A program made the translations under genes and the position numbers. The notes below the pieces were generated by a model. That model worked only from the letters and a program-made list of their open reading frames with translations, searched no databases and was not told where the DNA came from. Positions 54,108-63,321 of a stretch of DNA of 64,000 nucleotides are shown piece by piece. Within the stretch, counting starts at the first letter, position 1; each line of letters begins with the position of its first letter. Source of the DNA: a virus; the IMG/VR virus record IMGVR_UViG_3300032579_000531, positions 14,033 through 78,032 of that record; one strand, 5' to 3'.

Positions 54108-55481
54108 TTAAAAAGTTTGGCTCCAACCATTTACAGTCTTAGTATAAATGGCCTTAACGTTACTCCAGGTATTAGCGGCTGTTTTAACCTGTACGTTAGC
54201 TATATAACTCCAAGTATTTGCGGTTGTTTTAACAGTTGTTCCGCCACTGGCAACCATTTGATAAACTACGTTACCGTACGGTACACCTACTCCGGTAACC
54301 GGATCCCAGTTTGAACTTGCGGCATATCCATTCAGATATGTTGTTGTAGCATTATTCCCTGTGGTTATGTCATAATACGCATTTAAGTTTCCGTATAGTA
54401 CAGGATGTATAGCATTGGGTATAGGTCGGCGACCTCCATTTAGTGACATAAATCTAGCCAGCATTCCTGCCATGATGGGTGTTGCGGCACTAGTACCACC
54501 ATAACCGGCCGGAGTACCGTTTAACCACATAGCATAAGCGTTCATTGGTCCAGCGATGTCAGGAATTCCCCTAGTAGTTAATGTAATAGGAGAACTAGCC
54601 GTTAAATTAGATACAAAATAGCGTTTGTATGTTAACCCGGATTGCCAAGTTGGCACAGGAATAGTAGTACTAATTCCTCCGCCACTACCCCACCCCATCC
54701 CAAATAATGGGTCTCTGTTTTCAACAATTTCTCCAAGTCGAACATTGCCTGTTCCCAAGGTTAAGTTAGTTCCACCAACAGCAATAGCATTTGAGCTTGT
54801 TGCTGGATACGATACACTAACTATATTAGCATTAGCATACCCCTCACTTCCATAATCGCCCGCCGCAACAAGAACACTGATACCTTTTGCGGCAGCATTT
54901 GCCAATGGGGCCGCAAGCCAGTCTCCGAAATAATAAGTTGTTCCGCTACTAATAAATGATTCTGGAGTTGCCCAACTAATCGAAATAATATCACAGTTTT
55001 CATTTACAGCACGATTAATAAGATTACCAAATCCTGTTGTTAAATTCTGCGATGGGGTCACTAACGGATTAGTAGTTCCGTAATTGGGTCCTGATGGTGT
55101 TCCGATATATATAACAATATTAGCCTTAGGTGCTATGCCGGCTACGCAGTATAAGTCAAGAGTATTCTCGCCGTCGGCATCTGTATTAAATCCAACATTA
55201 CCTGTAGCTCCGTCTACTAGTACTGTAGTAATGTTAGCACTAGTAACCAGTGAATTTAGCCCCATATCACTCATAGAATTATTAAAATCTGTTGCGTTCC
55301 ATCCGCCTCCTAAACTAATAATTCCAATTTTAACGTTAGAACCAGTGGAAAGTGGCATGTTGTATGCTGTTGCTATCTGTGTAGGAGTTAAAAACCCAAG
55401 TTGGTTAATATTAGTCGCAGATGGAAAACTTCCCATTGGTATAGAAAATGAATTTGAGCTAACGTTGCTAGTAGCTATCAT
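54108..55481 (-). CDS. S53 (sedolisin/kumamolisin) peptidase lacking pro-domain
   Basis: GENTLD (ExxxD), ISISW, AAGDYG, PDI, GGTSAATP, WDPVTG.G. Confidence 0.88.
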   Translation of the reverse strand: MIATSNVSSNSFSIPMGSFPSATNINQLGFLTPTQIATAYNMPLSTGSNVKIGIISLGGGWNATDFNNSMSDMGLNSLVTSANITTVLVDGATGNVGFNTDADGENTLDLYCVAGIAPKANIVIYIGTPSGPNYGTTNPLVTPSQNLTTGFGNLINRAVNENCDIISISWATPESFISSGTTYYFGDWLAAPLANAAAKGISVLVAAGDYGSEGYANANIVSVSYPATSSNAIAVGGTNLTLGTGNVRLGEIVENRDPLFGMGWGSGGGISTTIPVPTWQSGLTYKRYFVSNLTASSPITLTTRGIPDIAGPMNAYAMWLNGTPAGYGGTSAATPIMAGMLARFMSLNGGRRPIPNAIHPVLYGNLNAYYDITTGNNATTTYLNGYAASSNWDPVTGVGVPYGNVVYQMVASGGTTVKTTANTWSYIANVQVKTAANTWSNVKAIYTKTVNGWSQTF

Positions 55482-55484
55482 ATA

Positions 55485-58400
55485 TTAAAAAGTCTGATAC
55501 CAAATATCGCCAACACTACCTTGACTTGAAGTCGGTGCTACGTTAGATACCCAAGTAAACCTTGCCACATTAGATACCATTGCAATGTTGCCACTGGAGT
55601 AAACTGTGCCGGTTGCTACAACGTTACCAAGTACTGTTATCTGTGTTTGTGAGATTGTAGCAACTTGAACTCCACCTACATCAAGCAATATATTGCCACC
55701 TGCACCTTGGAAGCCAACACTACTACTACCGCTACTAATACTACTACTTGCAGTAACAGTAGATAAGATATTAACACCGTTTGCAAACAGGTGATTGTTA
55801 GATATTACATTACCAGCAGATACGTTACCTGCGTATGTTGGCAAGTAAGCGGCCACGTTTGCATTGCTGTATGTCTGAGTTTGTAACGTAACAATAGCGG
55901 CATTGGCGGCTGTTACGTTTGCATTAACCGCATTAATTTGCGTAGTCTGGGCGGCAGCATTACTAAACAGGGTAGTAATATTTGTAGTTGCTGTACCTAG
56001 GTTAGCATTTGTGGCAATTTCGTATGCGCCCACGTTGGCATTTAATGTTTGTAAAGATGTTGTTATAGCACCAATGTTGGCATTAGCATATAACTCAAAC
56101 GCACCAACATTCGCCTGCAACGTTTGTAGTGATGCCGATACTGTTGCAGTATTTGAAGTAACAGTAGATAAAATATTAACACCATTTGCAAATTGATAAT
56201 TGTTAGAAATAACATTACCTGTAACTGCAAGATTGCCTTGTGTGGTTACTGTGCTGTTAACATTACCTATTAGGATAACATTAGCACCAATACCCATATA
56301 CAATGTGTTAGTTGAATTAAACACGTTGGCAATTGGCGCTGTAGTTCTTAGGTGTCCACCAAGTGTATATATGTTACCGACTGTGATATTATCGCCGTTA
56401 GTAATGACTGCACTATTGGCTTGAACTGCTATAGGTGCAGTTGCGGCAGCACTACCTGTATCAAACGTGATATAAGCACGAGTTTGGCCATTGCCCGGAA
56501 CTCCGTCGCCACGATATAGACCAAAGGTTGCGTGTTTGGTAGAACTATTGTTTGTTTGACCAGCGCCAATACCATCCCACCAGTCATATGTTGCCACTGT
56601 AGTATTGGCAAAACTGCCAGCATTACTAAAATTGATACCTAGGTTGCCAGTATTGACATTTTGTAAATTACCAATGTCTACCCAGTATGCAGGATTACTA
56701 CTGTCGAAGCCAGTTAGACTTTCAATATGGATTTTACCGTTACTATAAAAGTTTATACCGCCGCTGTTGTCAACACTACTGATATTGTCTCCAACAAAAG
56801 TAATATTACCAGTGGAACTCATGCTGGTCACATACTCTGCACCATTGGCCCAGAAGTAACCTGTAGTTGATATCACAGAGTTTGTGGCAATAAGGTTAGC
56901 ACTTCGGACGTTACCACTAATTGTAAATGGTCCAGTTGTTACATTTGCAGTCAATGCCGCAACGTCAGTATTGAGAGTTGTAATGGTGCCAGCCTGTGTT
57001 GCAATTTTTGCATTGGCGGCTGTTACGTTGGCATTAATTAAAATAACATCTGCGGCCAAAGTTGTGATGTTGTTTAATGCTCCTACCAGAGTAGCATCTG
57101 TGGCTAATATGTTTGCGGTGTTGGCCTGTATTGGAGCAATCAATGAATTAACATAAGTCACCACAGCAGAGTTTGCTGTAATAATTGCCAGGTTAGCGGC
57201 TGTTACGTTTGCATTGATAGCAGTAATTTCCGACGCTACGTTGATACCAGCAATGTTTGCAGCAGATACGTTGGCATTAATTAAATTGATATCATTTGTT
57301 AGTGTAGTAATGTTGGTCAATGCACCGGCCAAGTTTGTATCTGTTGTTAATATGTTTGCGGTGTTGGCCTGTATTGGAGCAATTAGTGAGTTGATATAAC
57401 TAACCACTGCGGTGTTGGCTGTAACAATAGCGGCATTAGCGGCTACAATTTGTGCAGATTGTGTAGCAGCATTACTTTGTAAAGATGCAATGGCCAAATT
57501 GGCGGCTGTTATGTTGGCGTTGATTAGATTAACACCTGTTGATAATGTAGTAATGTTGGTCAATGCACCAGATAAGTTATTTGCATTGTTCAACAAGGTA
57601 ACAATATTAGACTGAATTGGGGTTACTAGATTGTTGACATAACTTACTACCGCAGAGTTAGCTGTAACAATAGCGGCATTAGCGGCTGTAATATAATTTC
57701 CTAATGCAACTTCGTTGGCATTGTTAGTTTGAATATCCGAATACAATACTGCGGCATTTGCTTGCCATGCTGTTGATACATTAGCAATCGCAATATTAGC
57801 GGCAGTAATTTCTGATTGTAATAAACTGTCTTGAGCATTAACATAACTGACCACAGCAGAGTTTGCTGTAACGATAGCGGCATTGGCGGCTGTTACGTTT
57901 GCATTGATTAAGTTGATACTAACTGTTTGTGCGGCAGCATTACCGAACAATGTAGCGATATTAGTTACTGCATTGTTTAAATTATTATGATCGTTAGATG
58001 TGTTGGCGATTGTGCCTGCTAAGTTAGTAACTAAAGTATCGACATAACTAACCACACCTGTGTTAGCTGTAACAATAGCGGCATTGGCAGCTGTGATATA
58101 GTTGCCCAAGGTAACTTCATTGGTATTATTAGTCTGTATGTCAGCATACAATACCGCGGCATTGGCTTGCCATGCAGAAGATACATTTGCAATCGCTACA
58201 TTAGCGGCAGTGATTTCTGCTTGCAATAAACTGTCTTGTGCATTGACATAACTGACCACAGCAGAGTTTGCTGTAACAATAGCGGCATTGGCGGCTGTCA
58301 CGTTGGCATTGATCAAGTTGATACTAACTGTCTGGGAGGCAGCATTACTAAACAACGTGGTAATATTAGTTACTGCATTGTTTAAATTGTTATGATCGTT

Positions 58401-58802
58401 TGATGTGTTGGCAATCGTGCCTGCCAGGTTGGTAACCAGGGTATTAACATACCCAACTACACCTGTGTTGGCCGTAACGATAGCGGCATTGGCCAGGTTA
58501 ACACTGGTTTGTATTGCAATGATAGTCGAGTCAGTGGGCAAGTAGTTGGCCACATTAGAATTTGTATAAGCATATCCATTGAATAGACTTGCTACATAAA
58601 CGTTACTGGCTACACCTTGGACATCATTTACTGTTAAAATAACATTGCCACCTCGACCAGCAACACTTTGCACTGGTGCGCCTGCGCTTCCGCCAGCAAT
58701 ATTAGCAAAGTTCTGGTCAATTATCTCAAATGCGTTACGTAACGGTGTGCCTGTTCCGTCGTTAGCTGTGTTACCTACAAATACGTTAGCGAAAATACTC
58801 AT
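55485..58802 (-). CDS. long coiled-coil tail fibre/appendage protein
   Basis: N-terminal VG..ANDGTG.PLR.AF..I.QNF, VQSVAGR.G; Ala/Asn heptad repeats; C-terminal APTSSQGSVGDIWYQ. Confidence 0.8.
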   Translation of the reverse strand: MSIFANVFVGNTANDGTGTPLRNAFEIIDQNFANIAGGSAGAPVQSVAGRGGNVILTVNDVQGVASNVYVASLFNGYAYTNSNVANYLPTDSTIIAIQTSVNLANAAIVTANTGVVGYVNTLVTNLAGTIANTSNDHNNLNNAVTNITTLFSNAASQTVSINLINANVTAANAAIVTANSAVVSYVNAQDSLLQAEITAANVAIANVSSAWQANAAVLYADIQTNNTNEVTLGNYITAANAAIVTANTGVVSYVDTLVTNLAGTIANTSNDHNNLNNAVTNIATLFGNAAAQTVSINLINANVTAANAAIVTANSAVVSYVNAQDSLLQSEITAANIAIANVSTAWQANAAVLYSDIQTNNANEVALGNYITAANAAIVTANSAVVSYVNNLVTPIQSNIVTLLNNANNLSGALTNITTLSTGVNLINANITAANLAIASLQSNAATQSAQIVAANAAIVTANTAVVSYINSLIAPIQANTANILTTDTNLAGALTNITTLTNDINLINANVSAANIAGINVASEITAINANVTAANLAIITANSAVVTYVNSLIAPIQANTANILATDATLVGALNNITTLAADVILINANVTAANAKIATQAGTITTLNTDVAALTANVTTGPFTISGNVRSANLIATNSVISTTGYFWANGAEYVTSMSSTGNITFVGDNISSVDNSGGINFYSNGKIHIESLTGFDSSNPAYWVDIGNLQNVNTGNLGINFSNAGSFANTTVATYDWWDGIGAGQTNNSSTKHATFGLYRGDGVPGNGQTRAYITFDTGSAAATAPIAVQANSAVITNGDNITVGNIYTLGGHLRTTAPIANVFNSTNTLYMGIGANVILIGNVNSTVTTQGNLAVTGNVISNNYQFANGVNILSTVTSNTATVSASLQTLQANVGAFELYANANIGAITTSLQTLNANVGAYEIATNANLGTATTNITTLFSNAAAQTTQINAVNANVTAANAAIVTLQTQTYSNANVAAYLPTYAGNVSAGNVISNNHLFANGVNILSTVTASSSISSGSSSVGFQGAGGNILLDVGGVQVATISQTQITVLGNVVATGTVYSSGNIAMVSNVARFTWVSNVAPTSSQGSVGDIWYQTF
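57660..58495. repeat. 405-nt (135-aa) tandem duplication in the fibre gene
   Basis: NTSNDHNNLNNAVTNI unit at ~57987 and ~58392; a second 243-nt period at 57108/57351. Confidence 0.8.
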
Positions 58803-58841
58803 TGTTTTAACCTTGTTATTGAGTATTTATCTGAAAAGAAC

Positions 58842-58864
58842 AAAGCCCGCATAAAGCGGGCTTT
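58842..58864 (-). terminator. intrinsic terminator
   Basis: aaagcccgc-ataaa-gcgggcttt. Confidence 0.7.
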
Positions 58865-58901
58865 GGGGTACTACTAAGACCTAACTTCGGCAATATAGTA
58901 T

Positions 58902-59963
58902 TTATAAACCTAACTGTTTTGCCCGATTATATACCTGTTCACTGGCTAGATTTTTACCTTTTGATTCGCATTGTATATCAAATTGGTCCCAAAAGCTCAA
59001 GGCCCAATCAGTTACAGGTTGATTCCAGTAAAAGTCACTATGTGCTCGTAATTTTTGCTTTTTGTAACCTTCTACCAAAAGTGCCTGATATGCTGGTGCT
59101 TGATCGGTAGCATGTCCCACAAGTACATCTTCCCTACTAACGCTATAATGCATAGCAGGGCGAACACCGCGCCAACTATCAACAACTCGCTTAACACGTT
59201 CGTCGTTGGGCTGGAGATAGACTCCTTCGCGTATCCAATAATGATGAACGTCCAACACAATAGGCACAATATCACTAATGGTAAGACAATCATTTAACCC
59301 CCAGGAGTTTTCTTCGTTTTCGATGGTGATGCAGTTACGAGCTTCAGGTGACAACTTTTTGTAAGCGGCTCTGATACCTTCTGGCCCGCGTTTACCCGAG
59401 ATGTGTACGTTAATCTTATAATCTTGGAATTTTTTTCCGTAACCCATCCAACGTGCCATATCTGCATGATATTCAAACTCCTCTATTGAACGTTCTACAA
59501 TGCCAGGATTAGATGATGCAAGAACAGTAAACTGCCCAGGATGGAAACTAAGGCGAACCCCGTGAGCCCTAGCATGAGCACCCACTCGTGAAAAGTGGGT
59601 TTCGGCGTATGATACAACAGAAGGTTCCAGCCAATAACTAGAAAAATCCCCATGGGTATAACAAGGAAGGATATCACTGCTAAGACGGACCATACGAAGA
59701 GGCGCTGGGAGTTCACTTACTCGCTCCACTAGCAATCTTGTTGCCTCGATGTTTTGAACCATTAAGTCCCATAATTTCTGTTCCGCTACTTCTCTAGATT
59801 GTCTATTTAGCCAGGCAACTGTGGTAGTGCCGGTATTATATCGCTTGGCATCATCTGTGGGCTTAATACCTTCAGTTTGCCCAGCATGGTCAATCCATTT
59901 GCAACAGAAACCAATTTTTTTAGTGACTGCTTGGATTTTCAAACTCCCAGTATGTTGAACCAC
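58902..59963 (-). CDS. uvsE: UV DNA damage endonuclease
   Basis: RLSSDILP, RLSFHPGQF.VL, ITIEN, VLDVHH, HYS..AHSD, ESKGK; start uncertain. Confidence 0.9.
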   Translation of the reverse strand: MVQHTGSLKIQAVTKKIGFCCKWIDHAGQTEGIKPTDDAKRYNTGTTTVAWLNRQSREVAEQKLWDLMVQNIEATRLLVERVSELPAPLRMVRLSSDILPCYTHGDFSSYWLEPSVVSYAETHFSRVGAHARAHGVRLSFHPGQFTVLASSNPGIVERSIEEFEYHADMARWMGYGKKFQDYKINVHISGKRGPEGIRAAYKKLSPEARNCITIENEENSWGLNDCLTISDIVPIVLDVHHYWIREGVYLQPNDERVKRVVDSWRGVRPAMHYSVSREDVLVGHATDQAPAYQALLVEGYKKQKLRAHSDFYWNQPVTDWALSFWDQFDIQCESKGKNLASEQVYNRAKQLGL

Positions 59964-60204
59964 GTTGTTCTGCTGCTAGTATAGCATTTTCAAAATCTGC
60001 TGTCAAGTCCTGGCTACGCAAATCAATTGCTTGGTCTAATACTTCTAACATAGCAACACCAACTTCGTGATTTTCTGTGTCTAATAGACTTTCGCCAATG
60101 TCAACTAACTCGTCGACTACTGCATCCAATTCTGCTACTGTAAGATCTTTAACAGATATACTGTTGTCAAGTACTCCGCGAATTATAGTTTCGACATCTC
60201 TCAT
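59920..60204 (-). CDS. acidic hypothetical protein
   Basis: Coupled ORF. Confidence 0.65.
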   Translation of the reverse strand: MRDVETIIRGVLDNSISVKDLTVAELDAVVDELVDIGESLLDTENHEVGVAMLEVLDQAIDLRSQDLTADFENAILAAEQRGSTYWEFENPSSH

Positions 60205-60392
60205 AGTTTCATAATCCGACTAATAGCTTCTGTTGCTTCAGGGAAACCTTGACGTGCTTTAGCTTCTACCGCCTGCTCAACATAGTCCAGTTGCAGTTTG
60301 TTTAAGTCATCCAAAAAGCCTTGGATTTGATCTCGTGGAATAGTCATGCGAAATGTATTTTTATCTGGACGGGGTGTATCGTTAGGCCACAT
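60201..60392 (-). CDS. small hypothetical protein
   Basis: Coupled ORF. Confidence 0.65.
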   Translation of the reverse strand: MWPNDTPRPDKNTFRMTIPRDQIQGFLDDLNKLQLDYVEQAVEAKARQGFPEATEAISRIMKL

Positions 60393-60535
60393 TATTCATT
60401 ATCCTCTACAATATGTACATCATCATATAAACTACATTCTTTTAATTCATCTGCTATTGCATCAGCACTAAACACGTCAAAGCATTGTTCGTGTCTAACT
60501 GCTTGACCATTTTTATAAGCAATAACTGTGATCAT
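60392..60535 (-). CDS. small hypothetical protein
   Basis: Start moved to MITVIAY. Confidence 0.6.
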   Translation of the reverse strand: MITVIAYKNGQAVRHEQCFDVFSADAIADELKECSLYDDVHIVEDNE

Positions 60536-60536
60536 A

Positions 60537-60746
60537 TTAACCTTGGATGAATACTTCAACTGTTTGTACACACGCAACAAACTCTTCAAACGTCAACAAA
60601 CTGTACGGACTGTGATTGTAAAACTCACGCGGCATATCGACTCGTTGACCATGCTTGTAACACTCATGGAAGATCTTAATGTTATCTTCTTCTACATCTT
60701 CGCTCGGACGATATTCATAACCTAGATAGCTGTATAAACTGTTCAT
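60537..60746 (-). CDS. small hypothetical protein
   Basis: AAGGA RBS, ATGA coupling. Confidence 0.7.
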   Translation of the reverse strand: MNSLYSYLGYEYRPSEDVEEDNIKIFHECYKHGQRVDMPREFYNHSPYSLLTFEEFVACVQTVEVFIQG

Positions 60747-60991
60747 GATTGTTCCTTAAAGTAAATTGTAAAAGCACGGGCATTTCTTTTTAAGGTGTCG
60801 CGTTGTCTTAAATGCGGACCGCGATATCGAGTACGATAATTATAACCTAAACGATTTAAACCTTCTCTAACACCATCAAGTCTGTCAATGGGCACCATAC
60901 GCAAAGTAGGATACTCTTTAACAGTTTTGTACAAGACAGGTAACCCAGCAATAAAAGCTTCTGTTACTAAGTCACCGTTCTTGTAATACAT
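60743..60991 (-). CDS. small hypothetical protein
   Basis: RTRYRGP motif. Confidence 0.7.
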   Translation of the reverse strand: MYYKNGDLVTEAFIAGLPVLYKTVKEYPTLRMVPIDRLDGVREGLNRLGYNYRTRYRGPHLRQRDTLKRNARAFTIYFKEQS

Positions 60992-60992
60992 C

Positions 60993-61412
60993 TTAGTTAG
61001 CCTCGTAAGCCGCTTTTAACTTCTTCATAAACTCTGCACGGATCTTAGCCGCTTGCTTAGGAGTGTATGGCGCATCATCTGCACCAACTGAAGTAGTACC
61101 AACAACTAATCGAACATTTTTTGCCACTACAGTTTTTGTCTTTGCTACTGCCTTGGGTTTTGCAAAAGGGTTCTCATCTTTGGCATTAGCCGCAAACATG
61201 GCTTCTACTTCTGCGTCAACTTTCTTAAAAAAGTTAGTGAGCGCAAACTTAGCAGCTTCGTTTTTAGTCATTTCTTTAGGGAGTAACATCATAGTAACAT
61301 CAGTGTCGCCCAATTTTGCCAACTGCAATACACGGGCTTCATTACCTGCTGTGCGGAACTTGAGTTCACCTGCTACACGGCTAAAACCTACATACGAAAT
61401 TAATTTAGACAT
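60993..61412 (-). CDS. hypothetical protein, paralog of 14844-15173
   Basis: VGFS...KFR...RV..LAK.GDTDV....LP..MTK; AAGGAG RBS. Confidence 0.75.
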   Translation of the reverse strand: MSKLISYVGFSRVAGELKFRTAGNEARVLQLAKLGDTDVTMMLLPKEMTKNEAAKFALTNFFKKVDAEVEAMFAANAKDENPFAKPKAVAKTKTVVAKNVRLVVGTTSVGADDAPYTPKQAAKIRAEFMKKLKAAYEAN

Positions 61413-61431
61413 TTGCTACTCCTTATTAGTT

Positions 61432-61474
61432 ACTATACAAGTATTATACTATTTTGGGAATTAACGGACAACCG
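61432..61474 (-). promoter_or_regulatory. repeated early promoter element
   Basis: TTGTCC-GTTAATTCCCAAAATAG-TATAAT-ACTTGTATAGT. Confidence 0.8.
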
Positions 61475-61477
61475 AAA

Positions 61478-61624
61478 TTAGTCTTCCAATTTACGGTGTT
61501 TTTGGGTGCGTTTGTAGCGGGTTTTGAGCTCCACTTGTTGGGGTCTGAATGGGGTGTCGCGAAAAAACAACACATTGTGAATGCGTGTTTTGCGTGGGGA
61601 TTTTGCAACAATCTTATTCTTCAT
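61478..61624 (-). CDS. 48-aa basic protein, ArfA-like
   Basis: Not in ORF track; MKNKIVAKSPRKTRIHNVLFFRDTPFRPQQVELKTRYKRTQKHRKLED; leaderless behind TTGACC-17-TATAAT (61659-61631). Confidence 0.55.
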   Translation of the reverse strand: MKNKIVAKSPRKTRIHNVLFFRDTPFRPQQVELKTRYKRTQKHRKLED

Positions 61625-61659
61625 ATAGTAATTATACTATATTGGGAATTTAAGGTCAA

Positions 61660-61887
61660 TTAGTGCAGAGTGCCGCTATCTATGTCCATTAACTGCTCAG
61701 GATCTGAATATCCAAATAGTGCAAGTATTTTCTGAATATTGTCTGGAGTCTTAAAGGGAAGATTGTCAGGGAAGAACGCCGATTTTAGTTCGCCGTCTGG
61801 TCCAAATATAAATCCATAATCGTCTTCGCTAATATCGTCTTCGCAAAAACCATCTTCGATTGCTAATTCTTCTGATAACTTAGTCAT
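61660..61887 (-). CDS. small acidic protein
   Basis: GGAG RBS; DDYGFIFGPDGELKS. Confidence 0.7.
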   Translation of the reverse strand: MTKLSEELAIEDGFCEDDISEDDYGFIFGPDGELKSAFFPDNLPFKTPDNIQKILALFGYSDPEQLMDIDSGTLH

Positions 61888-62489
61888 GTTAGCTCCAGTC
61901 TATTAATATACTTAGCGACTTGTTTTTTTAATTGTAACATAACATTACGATCTTGTCTAAAGTATTTTTGATATGTTCTGTACACTTTGGTCTTGGTCAT
62001 TGCTCTATCGTACACCACCATTTCGCTTGCAACATTAAAAGCATGTGCAAGTATTTCATCTTCGCATCCTAGGTAGTCCTGCATACTATCCCCGTATCGT
62101 AGAGTTGATGCGCTACGATATCCTCGACCATGTCGATACCCACGCTTTCGGCAATAGTATTGATGTAAGTATTCGTGAGTAACCACATCGGCTAAATGAA
62201 AACTAATCGAGTCCCAGTTGTAGTTTTTAAAAGTTACGTGTTGGCATTTGGTACCAAAAGTCAACGTGATGTAAACACAGGGTTCATTATGACTATCTTC
62301 GTAAGGACGGTACTCGCCGCCGACCCAAAAGTCTTTTTTGGTTAATTGAGAACTACGTATGCAAGTGAATCGTAATTGGCTATCACGAAATTGCATACGT
62401 ATTAAACGAGTAAATTGCTCTGGCGTAAAAATCCTGCCACTGTGTCTAGTGGCTAAAGATTTAATACGCTCTAGAGCTTCGAAGAACAT
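61884..62489 (-). CDS. zincin-like HExxH protein
   Basis: THEYLHQY...YL...DEILAHA. Confidence 0.65.
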   Translation of the reverse strand: MFFEALERIKSLATRHSGRIFTPEQFTRLIRMQFRDSQLRFTCIRSSQLTKKDFWVGGEYRPYEDSHNEPCVYITLTFGTKCQHVTFKNYNWDSISFHLADVVTHEYLHQYYCRKRGYRHGRGYRSASTLRYGDSMQDYLGCEDEILAHAFNVASEMVVYDRAMTKTKVYRTYQKYFRQDRNVMLQLKKQVAKYINRLELT

Positions 62490-62494
62490 TTTAG

Positions 62495-63178
62495 TTAGAT
62501 GACACGGTCCGCATAAAATACATGGCCGCCAATCCTAGACACCGGTTGTTTAGACTTTGCCCATGCAGGCCGTACTGCGGTAGCATGGAAGTATAGTGCA
62601 TCACTATACTTGTTTTGCCAAGTAACATACTCGCCTTTGAGTAAACGTTCAGCAACTTCTTGACTAGCTTCCCATCGGTCGTCTGTTTCCTTGGGTTTGT
62701 GTACAAACATACAGCGCCAGCTAAACTGACACACGTCGGCATTTTGTGTAACAAATGTTTTGACTTTTTGTTTTTCTGGTGTACCAAAGTAACCAGTTTT
62801 CACCATGCGCTCTTCCGAGACTTCAATGGTACGAACTCTGACTGTACGTTGATCTACTACTGAGCAAATTGTTTTACCAAAGCGGCCATCGCGGACGCGA
62901 TTAATGGTAACCATGGCTACTGCCACTTTGCCTTCTTCTGGTTCCATACCAGCTTCGTAATAGATATTCTTTGCAAGGCAATCGACATCCTTGCTTGATA
63001 TGTTGATGTCTACAATGGGACTCATTATAGCACCTACTAAATTGTCCAAGCGATCTTGTGCTTGTATTTTGACGGTGTTAAAAAAACTTTGTTGCTGTAC
63101 TGCTACTTCTTCTGCATGACCGGGTGCCATTACGGTCAGGGCTAATATTGCTACGATTGTTTGAATAATCGTTCTCAT
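62495..63178 (-). CDS. SleB/Hydrolase_2 cell wall hydrolase with signal peptide
   Basis: CLAKNIYYEAG, VAMVTINR, CQFSW, ALYFHA, IGGHVFY. Confidence 0.88.
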   Translation of the reverse strand: MRTIIQTIVAILALTVMAPGHAEEVAVQQQSFFNTVKIQAQDRLDNLVGAIMSPIVDINISSKDVDCLAKNIYYEAGMEPEEGKVAVAMVTINRVRDGRFGKTICSVVDQRTVRVRTIEVSEERMVKTGYFGTPEKQKVKTFVTQNADVCQFSWRCMFVHKPKETDDRWEASQEVAERLLKGEYVTWQNKYSDALYFHATAVRPAWAKSKQPVSRIGGHVFYADRVI

Positions 63179-63321
63179 AAAGTCCTCCTTAGGTTAATAT
63201 GCCTTCCATACAGCAGAAGGCATTAGATATTTAAGTACATATCTATTGAGTTATAATACTATATAAGTGATTGCAAGTCAAGGTAAGTAACGCTTCTGGA
63301 CAAAAAACTGCCATTATAACC

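Noticed and set aside
55485-58802. Dense N-x-T/S sequons as evidence of N-glycosylation
   Set aside because: Asn/Thr richness is expected in trimeric coiled-coil fibres, and no oligosaccharyltransferase is seen.
43300-58854. Many + strand ORFs opposite the curlin, protease and fibre genes
   Set aside because: Antisense frames kept open by low-complexity codon usage; no RBS or promoter support.
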